From NCBI GenBank assembly GCA_963771385.1, contig CAVYTE010000012.1, positions 145,877 to 209,876 of the forward strand: 64,000 bases of DNA, in the 5' to 3' direction. Below the pieces are notes generated by a model, which saw only the letters and a program-made list of their open reading frames with translations, was not told the origin of the DNA and made no database searches. The position numbers and the translations under genes were made by a program. Within the stretch, counting starts at the first letter, position 1; every line of letters begins with the position of its first letter. Source of the stretch: an uncultured Actinomycetes bacterium (GTDB lineage: Bacteria; Actinomycetota; UBA4738; HRBIN12). Of the stretch, positions 9,775 to 19,645 are shown piece by piece.

Positions 9775-10502
9775 GGAGCCACGAGCGCATCGAGGAGCTC
9801 ATCGCGATCCGCGCGATCGGTGGGCTGGATGCCGACGACGTCATCGAGCTCGAGACCGAGATGCACGAGCACGGCCCCGACTGCGCCGAGTGCCGCCGGC
9901 TCGAGAACGAGTACGGAGAGGTCGCCGGTCGCCTCGCGTTCGCGCTCGACCCCGTCGCCGTTCGGCACTCCTTCCAGGAGCAGACGATCGAGCTCGCGCT
10001 CGGCGAGCGGCCCGGGGCGCCGACGATGGAGCCGGAACGCGACCGGGAGCCCGCTCGAGCGCCGCGTCGACGCGGCGGGGTCCTGCGACCCCTGATCGGG
10101 ATCGCGGCGGCGTTCGCGTTGTTCGCCGGCGGCTGGCTGATCGGCGGCGCGGTGATGGAGGACGAACGCGTGCCGGCGGACGCGACGGTGGTTGCGCTCG
10201 AGGGTGAACCCGGCGCCGGGACGATCACGGCCGCATTCCGGCCCGGCGAGGAGGGCCTGTTCCTGGCCGGGTCCGGTCTGCCCGCGCTGCCGGAGGGTCA
10301 GGTCTACGAGCTGTGGCTGTTCACGGGCGAGACACCGGCATCAGCGCTCTGCGCGACACCGAACGATGACGGTTCCCTGTTCGAGTTCATCGACGAGTCG
10401 ATGGAGGGCATCGGTCTCTTGGCCGTGACGGTCGAACCGTCCTCGTGCCCCGAAGCGCCCACGACCGCCCCGATCTTCGCCGCCGAGGTCGCGACCGTCT
10501 AA
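9771..10502 (+). CDS. Anti-sigma factor with ZAS motif, single TM segment and RskA-type extracytoplasmic domain
   Basis: HGPDCAEC fits H-x3-C-x2-C. TM segment [22 protein letters not shown]-terminal [16 protein letters not shown] is typical of the anti-sigma-K family. Translationally coupled to the sigma gene. Confidence 0.8.
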   Translation: MRSHERIEELIAIRAIGGLDADDVIELETEMHEHGPDCAECRRLENEYGEVAGRLAFALDPVAVRHSFQEQTIELALGERPGAPTMEPERDREPARAPRRRGGVLRPLIGIAAAFALFAGGWLIGGAVMEDERVPADATVVALEGEPGAGTITAAFRPGEEGLFLAGSGLPALPEGQVYELWLFTGETPASALCATPNDDGSLFEFIDESMEGIGLLAVTVEPSSCPEAPTTAPIFAAEVATV

Positions 10503-10529
10503 CGACGCGCGGGCGACCCGAAGACCCAC

Positions 10530-13250
<2,721 letters not shown>

Positions 13251-13288
13251 CCTTCCATGCTCCCAGACACCGGATGCGATCCGACCCT

Positions 13289-13834
13289 TCAGTCGCGCCG
13301 GCGCTCCTGTTCGATCGCCGCGCGATGCGCCTTGCGCGTCTCCCGCCGGATCCGCGCCTCTCGCTGGCGGCGTTGCTCGTCGGCGCTCTCGGCCACGATC
13401 GGCGGCACCGGACGCGGCCGGCCGTCGTCATCCAGGGCCACGAACACGAGGTAGGCGCTCGAGGTGTGGATCCGGATGCCGGTCCGGATCTCCTCGGACT
13501 CGACCCGGACACCGACCTCGAGCGATGTGTTCCCCACGTCGTTCACGCTCGCCATCACCGTGATCGTGTCGCCGATGTGCGCCGGCGCGAGGAACGACAT
13601 CTCGTCCATCGACACCGTGACGCACATCCCGCCCGCGTGCTTGATCGCGGCGAGGCCGGCAGCCGTATCGACCAGCTTCATGATCACGCCCCCGTGGACG
13701 ATCCCACCGAGGTTCGTGTCCGTGACCTCCATGAGCTGCACCAAGGTGACCTGGCTCGTCGCGACGGTCTTCGCAGGTCCCACGACCGAATCGTATCCGG
13801 CGCACCGGGCCCACCGCCGGATCGTCCGTAGCAT
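13289..13834 (-). CDS. Hotdog-fold acyl-CoA thioesterase (YciA/4HBT type)
   Basis: Part of ORF 13289..14119: NLGGIVHGGVIMKLVDTAAGLAA..VTVSMDEMSFLAPAHIGD..SLEVGVRVESE. The start could instead be the GTG near 13783. Confidence 0.8.
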   Translation of the reverse strand: MLRTIRRWARCAGYDSVVGPAKTVATSQVTLVQLMEVTDTNLGGIVHGGVIMKLVDTAAGLAAIKHAGGMCVTVSMDEMSFLAPAHIGDTITVMASVNDVGNTSLEVGVRVESEEIRTGIRIHTSSAYLVFVALDDDGRPRPVPPIVAESADEQRRQREARIRRETRKAHRAAIEQERRRD

Positions 13835-13840
13835 GGGCCC

Positions 13841-14651
13841 GTGCGCCGCCCGCTCACCTCCGTCACCCTCATCGCGTTCGTCGCGATCGTCTCGCTCGCC
13901 GCGTGCACCTCGGACGACGAAGGGACGTCGGACCCGACGGCAAGCGGACCAACGGCGTCTGGATCGAACACCGGGAGCGCGCCACCCACCGGACCGTCGA
14001 CCGGGAGCGCCACACCGAGCGCGAGCGAGGAACCGGCGCCGGAACTCCAACTGCCGGCCGACGCACCCAGCTCGGTCGACGACTCCGCCGACGTCGCGCT
14101 GATCGAGGCCGGGGATCACTCGGTGCTCATCCCACCGGGGGCCGAGGACACGATCGCGATCCGTCAGACGACCCCCGACGATCCGATCGACCAGATCGCC
14201 GTGGCGTGGCGGCGCGGCTCCGACCCGTTCGCCCCCGAGGTCGGGTTCGTCGTGTGGCAGCGTTCCGATGCAGGACGACGACGCCGGCTGGCGAGCCGTC
14301 TACGCGTTCACCGACCGGCCGAGCGCGGGCGTCCTCGGCATCCGCGTCGTTCCCGCCGACCTCACCGGGGACGGCGTCGACGACCTGCTCACCGAGGAGC
14401 AGCGGGGCGGGAGCGGAGCCTGCGCCACCTGGCGGGTGATCGCCTCGGCCGCCGGGGGTGCGGCGGAGATCTACCGGCGCGAGGGCTGCGACACGGAGAT
14501 CTCGGCCGTGGACGGGGCGCTCGAGATCCGAGAGGCCGTCTTCGAGCCGGGCGACCCGCACTGCTGCCCGACCGCGTACCGGACCACCGTGCTCGAGTGG
14601 GACGGCCAGGCGTGGGCGGAGGTCTCCACCGAGGTCGAGCCCGCCCGCTAG
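13841..14651 (+). pseudogene. Lipoprotein of unknown function, one frameshift as sequenced
   Basis: MRRPLTSVTLIAFVAIVSLAAC (lipobox LAAC) followed by a Ser/Thr/Pro-rich linker. The C-terminal part (DLTGDGVDDLL, paired Cys) continues in ORF 14268..14651 after a break near 14265. It shares a frame with the next gene, which is why the ORF track shows one 1,934-aa ORF. Confidence 0.6.
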
Positions 14652-14770
14652 GCGGCGGGGACCGGGCCCCGGCCCGGCCGGACCGGTCGCCAACTCCGTG
14701 CGCCGAACGGCTTACGTCGCCCCACCCACACGCCGATACATCGAACGGTCCCAGCATCCGATCGTTCGAG

Positions 14771-17700
14771 ATGAAGGCGGGAAGTGGCTTGAGCGTTCCC
14801 CGCGGCGCCCAGCGCATGGCGCTCATCGTGCTCGCATTCGTGCTGGCCGCGGCGGCATTCGGCGCGTTCCAGCAGGCGGGCAAGGCGAGCCATGCCCTCG
14901 AGGCTGAGGCCACCGCCTCGGCCGAGCGCGCCGCGGCAGCGGTCGGAGATGCCCTCGTCCCCGAGGACCTCGCCGGGCCGGTGAGCGGCGAGCGCTACCA
15001 GTCGCTCTCGTCCGTCGTGAACGCGGGGCTCGTCGGTCCGGACGACTCCGTCACCGTCCTCAACAGCGAGGCCGTCGTCGTCTTCGCTCAGGACCGAGAG
15101 ACCATTGGACTGAAGGAGTCGCGGGCCAAGGTCGCCCGCGTCCTGTCGGCCGGGACGCAGACGGAGCTGGGCGCCGGGACGTTCAGCGTCTTCGTCCCCG
15201 TCACCGTCGACGGGCCGTCCGACATCGCGGTCGTCGACGTCGCCGGTCCGTCCGATGCGATCGAGGCCGCTCGAGGGCCATGGATCGTCGTCGCGATCGC
15301 CGCGGGCATCCTCGCGCTGCTCGTGCTCGTGTACGCGTTCGCCCAGAACGGATCGCGGGCCGCCGGGTTCGGCGACGCCATCAGTCCCTCGCGGGTGCTC
15401 GACATCGAACGCCGGCACGAGAAGGAGATGGCGGGTCTGGAGAAGACGATCGAGCGGGCGAAGGCCGATGAGGCCGGCGTCCGCAAGGAGCTCGAGAAGG
15501 TCGCCGAGGACCTGACCGCGCACAAGAAGGTATTGCGGGAGCTCGACGAGGCCGTCAACAAGACGGAGGCGCGTGCCGCCGAGGCGGAGGGGAAGCTCGC
15601 CGATACCACCGCACGCATCGCCGAATCGCAGACGCGCGCCGACCACGCCGAGAAGGGCGAGAGCGAGGCGCGAGCCAGGATCACGGCGGCCGAGTCGCGT
15701 GCTCGGGACGCGGAACGGCAGACCGCGGAGGCCAACGCGAGAGCGAGGCAGGCCGAGGAGTGGGCCGAGGATCTGGCCGCGCTCGGCGACGACCTCGAGC
15801 GGGCCGGGTCGGGCAAGGACGAGGAGTTCAAGCAGCTCCGCAACTCGCTGGTGGAGGCCAAACGCCAGGCCGCGGTCGCGCGGGACGCGAAGCGCGAGCT
15901 CGCGGACCGCGTCGCGACCCTCGAGACGACAAACCGGACGCTCGAGGCCGAACGGGAGACGCTCGCGGCGGAGCGCAGCGCGCTCGCCGGGGAACGGCAG
16001 GCGCTCGTCGCGGAACGCGAGTCGCTCGAGCAGGCGCGTGGCTCCGCCGAGGGGGAAGCCGCGGCCACACGTGAGGAGCTGCAGCACGCGCAGCAGCAGC
16101 TCGAACACGCGGTCGAGACCTCCAAGTCGCAACTGGCAACGGCACGGCGCGAGCTCGAGGAGGGTGGTGCCGAGCTCGCCGCGGCGCGGAGCGAGCTCGA
16201 GGACGCCCGCGCGCGAGAGGCGGAGATGAGCGTTCGCGTCGCGGAAGCCAAGGCCGAGGCGGAGCGGTCCAGGGGGGAGGTCGAGCGGGCCAGGGCGGAC
16301 GCCGATCGCGCCGCTACCGAGATCGCGGCGGCCAGGCTGGCCGAACAGGCGAAGAGCGCGCAACTCGCAGATGTGAGCGACCGATCCTCATCGCTCCAAC
16401 GCCAGGTCGACGAGGCCGCCGAACAGCTCCGTGAGCAGCAGGAGCGAGCCGGTGCGGCCGAGGCGAAGGTGGTCGATCTCTTCCGTCAGGTGCAGGCGCT
16501 CGAGCAGCGGCCGGACCTCAGCGCCGAGATGGAAGCGGCCATCTCCGAGACCGCCTCACTGCGGACCTCGCTCTCGGCCGCGAACGAGCGAGCGGAGGAG
16601 CTGGAGAGGGAGCTCGGGTCCACGCGCTCGGAGATGGAGGTGGCGCAGCTCGCCGGGGCCGAGGTCGCGGATCGACTGAACGAGCAACGCACCCGTGCGG
16701 ATCGAGCGGAAGCCGAGGTTGCCGAGCTCACGCAGGAGGCGGCGGAGCTCGCCGGCGTGATCGCCGAACTCGAGGCCCGGCCGGACCTGACGACGGACCT
16801 CGACACCGCGCGGGATGAGCGGAACGCGCTCGGGGCTCACCTGGAGACCGCGTCGTCCGAGCTGTCCGCGGCACGGGCGGAGCTCCTCGTCGCCCGACGA
16901 GATGCGGAAATCGTGAACACCGAGCTCGAGGCGGCCCGCGCCGAGGTCGAGGCGCGCGCGCGGCGGATCGAAGAGCTCGAGGCCCGGCCGGACCTGACGG
17001 CGGAGCTCGAGGCGGCCCGCGCCGAGGTCGGATCGGGCAGGCAGCGGATCGACGAGCTCGAGGCTCGCCCCGACCTCAGCGCGGACCTCGAGTCCGCGAA
17101 GGACGAACGACGGGCGCTCGCGGCTCGACTGGAGGCGGCCACGAGCGAGCTCGATGCTGCTCGGCGCGACATCGTTGCGGCGCAGGGAGAAGCCGAGACG
17201 TTCAAGACCGACCTCGAGGCGGCACGAGCCGAGATCGGATCGGGCAGGCAGCGGATCGACGAGCTCGAGGCCCGCCCCGACCTCAGCGCGGACCTCGAGT
17301 CCGCGAAGGACGAACGACGGGCGCTCGCGGCTCGACTGGAGGCGGCCACGAGCGAGCTCGATGCTGCTCGGCGCGACATCGTTGCGGCGCAGGGAGAAGC
17401 CGAGACGTTCAAGACCGACCTCGAGGTGGCACGAGCCGAGATCGATGCGGTGCAAGGGGATCTCGAGGCGACACGTGCGGAGGCCCAGGTCGCGCGGGCC
17501 GAGCTCGAGGCGACCCGAGCCGAAGCCGGGACGTTCGAGTCCGACCTCGAGGCGACGCGGGCTGAAGCCGAGGCAGCGAAGACCGAGCTCGAGGCGACAC
17601 GAGCCGACGCGGATGTCGTGAACCGGGATCTCGACGCAGCACGCGCCGAGATCGAGACGGTCAAAGCCGATCTCGAAGCGATGCGAGCCACCGTCGGCGA

Positions 17701-19645
17701 GACCGAAGCCAACGAGCGAGCGCTCCACGACAAGCTCCGGTCGGCGCGAGAGAAGGCCGAAGCGCGCCGGCAGAAGAACGAGGGTCTCGTGGCGGAGCTC
17801 GACGCTGTCAACGCCGCCCTGGCGAGCGACCGGGCGGAGCTCGAGGCTGCCAACGCCGCGCTCGCGAGCGACCGGGCGGAGCTCGAGCGTGTCGCGAGTG
17901 AGCTGGCGACCGCGTCGACCGAGCTCGAGCGGACGAAGGACGATCTCGAGAACACCCGTGCCCTGGCCGGAAGGACCGAGGCGGATCAGCGCACGCTGGC
18001 GGCGGAGCTACGAACCACGGCCGAGGAGGCGGAGGCACGTCGACGCGAGGACAAGAGACTTCGCGCCGAGCTCGAGTCGAGGAAGGTGGAGGAGGCGCGA
18101 CTCGCCGCCGAGCTCGAAGCGCGGGGGGTGGAGGAGGCACGACTCGCCGACGAGCTCGAAGCGCGAGGTCTCGAGGAAGCTCGACTCGCCGCCGAGCTCG
18201 AGTCGAGGAGGGTGGAGGAGGCGCGGCTCGCCGCCGAGCTCGAAGCGCGGGGGGTGGAGGAGGCACGACTCGCCGACGAGCTCGAGAGCGGGCGGGTCGA
18301 GGTGGAACGGCTCCGGGCCGAGCTCGACGCGCGCCGGGTCGAGGAAGAGCGTCTCGGCGCCGAGTTCGAGACGGGGCGCGGTGAGGTGGAACGGCTCCGG
18401 ACCGAGCTCGAGGCCGGACGCGGGGAGGTGGAGCGGCTCCGCGCCGAGCTCGACGCACGGCGTGTCGAGGAGGAACGACTCGGCAGCGAGTTCGAGGCCG
18501 GGCGCGGGGAGGCGGAGCGGCTCCGCGCCGATCACGAGGCCGGCCGCGTCGAGCTGGACAACCTGCGAGCGGAACTGGAGCTCCAGCGAGCGGAGGCGGA
18601 CGGGCTTCGCGTCGAGTCCGAGAGCGCGCGAACGAGCGTCGAACGCCTCCGAGCCGAGAGCCTCGAGCTGCTGCAGGAGAAGGATCGACTCATCGAGCAC
18701 CTGCAGAGCTCGGAGTGGGAAGCCGGATCGGAACGCGCTCGCGCGGAGGAGCTCGCCCGGCGACAGGACACGCTCCAGGCGCACGCGGACGACGTCGCTC
18801 GGAAGGCGGCGGAGGAGGCCATGGCGGCCCGCAGCCGGCTCCTCGAGACGCAGGAAACGTTGGCTCGCTTCCAGAGCGAGCTCGAACAGGTCGCGACGAA
18901 CTCGGTGTCGGCCGGGGACATGGGCCTGGACGCCGACGGCGTCCAGGGGGTCGTCGACGCCATGTCGACGGATGCGAAACGCTCGCTCTCGGCCATCTTC
19001 GGGCTCGCACGGATGATGTCTTCACAGGGAGCACCCGATGAGGGGCGGATGCTCCAACAGCTCATGTCGCAGGCTCGCCGGATGGAGCACGCCCTCACCG
19101 ACATCCTCGACGCCGACCGCCTCGCCCGAGGGGAGGTCGTCCTCAAGCGGCGCAGCACCGAGATCGACACGCTCATCCGCCGCGTCGTGCGGGAGTTCCC
19201 GGTGACGGAGGGGCGTCAGGTCGAGGTGATCGCCGAGACCGCGACGATCCAGATCGATCCGGCGCGGCTCGAACGGCTCGTGGACGACCTCCTGTCCTCC
19301 GCGATGACGCGGACGCAGCGCAACGATCGTGTCGTCCTCCGCGTGGAACGGACCGACGACGGCGTGATGCTCGCGGTCGAGGGAGGCGCGGTCTCGGGGG
19401 TCGAGGTCGGACCGGCGGCGAGCTTCCTCGCCAAGCTGCACGGCGGGTGGACGTCGGCGGAGGCGCTGCCGGGCGGGCGCGGGGTCGCGCGCGTCTTCCT
19501 CCCGAGCGTCTGGGCGCCGGGAGGCGGGCCCGAAGCAGGAACCGCCTCGGAGGGTACCGCCGACGGCTCCGATCCGGCGATCCCGGCCCCGCCGGAGCCG
19601 GACGGCGAGAGCGAGCCAGCGGATCGAGCCGAGGCGACCGCCTAG
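14771..19645 (+). CDS. 1,624-aa membrane-anchored giant coiled-coil protein with a C-terminal histidine-less, degenerate histidine-kinase-like domain
   Basis: Uninterrupted frame from ATG 14771 (alternative ATG 14816). Two hydrophobic segments (residues ~16-33 and ~171-191) bracket a ~135-aa domain. About 1,150-1,200 residues of E/A/R/L-rich sequence with nested repeats follow. From 18962 the sequence is HisKA/HATPase_c-like (STDAKRSLSAIFGL, LVDDLLSSA, FLAKLHGGW) but lacks the H-box His and N-box Asn. Confidence 0.8.
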   Translation: MKAGSGLSVPRGAQRMALIVLAFVLAAAAFGAFQQAGKASHALEAEATASAERAAAAVGDALVPEDLAGPVSGERYQSLSSVVNAGLVGPDDSVTVLNSEAVVVFAQDRETIGLKESRAKVARVLSAGTQTELGAGTFSVFVPVTVDGPSDIAVVDVAGPSDAIEAARGPWIVVAIAAGILALLVLVYAFAQNGSRAAGFGDAISPSRVLDIERRHEKEMAGLEKTIERAKADEAGVRKELEKVAEDLTAHKKVLRELDEAVNKTEARAAEAEGKLADTTARIAESQTRADHAEKGESEARARITAAESRARDAERQTAEANARARQAEEWAEDLAALGDDLERAGSGKDEEFKQLRNSLVEAKRQAAVARDAKRELADRVATLETTNRTLEAERETLAAERSALAGERQALVAERESLEQARGSAEGEAAATREELQHAQQQLEHAVETSKSQLATARRELEEGGAELAAARSELEDARAREAEMSVRVAEAKAEAERSRGEVERARADADRAATEIAAARLAEQAKSAQLADVSDRSSSLQRQVDEAAEQLREQQERAGAAEAKVVDLFRQVQALEQRPDLSAEMEAAISETASLRTSLSAANERAEELERELGSTRSEMEVAQLAGAEVADRLNEQRTRADRAEAEVAELTQEAAELAGVIAELEARPDLTTDLDTARDERNALGAHLETASSELSAARAELLVARRDAEIVNTELEAARAEVEARARRIEELEARPDLTAELEAARAEVGSGRQRIDELEARPDLSADLESAKDERRALAARLEAATSELDAARRDIVAAQGEAETFKTDLEAARAEIGSGRQRIDELEARPDLSADLESAKDERRALAARLEAATSELDAARRDIVAAQGEAETFKTDLEVARAEIDAVQGDLEATRAEAQVARAELEATRAEAGTFESDLEATRAEAEAAKTELEATRADADVVNRDLDAARAEIETVKADLEAMRATVGETEANERALHDKLRSAREKAEARRQKNEGLVAELDAVNAALASDRAELEAANAALASDRAELERVASELATASTELERTKDDLENTRALAGRTEADQRTLAAELRTTAEEAEARRREDKRLRAELESRKVEEARLAAELEARGVEEARLADELEARGLEEARLAAELESRRVEEARLAAELEARGVEEARLADELESGRVEVERLRAELDARRVEEERLGAEFETGRGEVERLRTELEAGRGEVERLRAELDARRVEEERLGSEFEAGRGEAERLRADHEAGRVELDNLRAELELQRAEADGLRVESESARTSVERLRAESLELLQEKDRLIEHLQSSEWEAGSERARAEELARRQDTLQAHADDVARKAAEEAMAARSRLLETQETLARFQSELEQVATNSVSAGDMGLDADGVQGVVDAMSTDAKRSLSAIFGLARMMSSQGAPDEGRMLQQLMSQARRMEHALTDILDADRLARGEVVLKRRSTEIDTLIRRVVREFPVTEGRQVEVIAETATIQIDPARLERLVDDLLSSAMTRTQRNDRVVLRVERTDDGVMLAVEGGAVSGVEVGPAASFLAKLHGGWTSAEALPGGRGVARVFLPSVWAPGGGPEAGTASEGTADGSDPAIPAPPEPDGESEPADRAEATA
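16493..17454 (+). repeat. In-frame long tandem repeats (69-aa / 207-bp unit) inside the giant gene
   Basis: The motif LE(A/Q)RPDL recurs with R codons at 16508, 16778, 16985, 17066 and 17273. Unit 17041-17247 is repeated at 17248-17444 with 2 mismatches in my base-by-base comparison. Confidence 0.85.
18068..18613 (+). repeat. 13 in-frame tandem copies of a 42-bp (14-aa) unit ELExRxVEEARLAx
   Basis: Units start at 18068, 18110, 18152 and so on up to 18572. Units 2 and 5 are identical, and units 1/4, 7/10 and 8/11 are near-identical, giving a 126-bp higher-order period. Confidence 0.85.

Noticed and set aside
14741-14769. TCGAAC...GTTCGA as an actinobacterial LexA (SOS) box upstream of the giant gene
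   Set aside because: The half-sites match the SOS-box arms, but the spacing between the TCGAAC and GTTCGA arms is 17 nt instead of 4. It is kept only as a generic inverted repeat.
16493-18613. Regularly spaced direct repeats that might be a CRISPR array
   Set aside because: The repeats are contiguous with no unique spacers. They are exact multiples of 3 bp and of the heptad, and they lie in frame inside a long ORF. No cas genes are adjacent; the Cas4-like nuclease at 35958 is 17 kb away and unrelated.
13841-19645. Single 1,934-aa ORF in the track
   Set aside because: It is a composite. The first ~140 codons belong to a lipoprotein gene whose remainder continues in another frame to the stop at 14651. 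Codons over ~14270-14770 are Arg/Pro/Gly-rich noise. The giant gene proper starts at ATG 14771 (or 14816).
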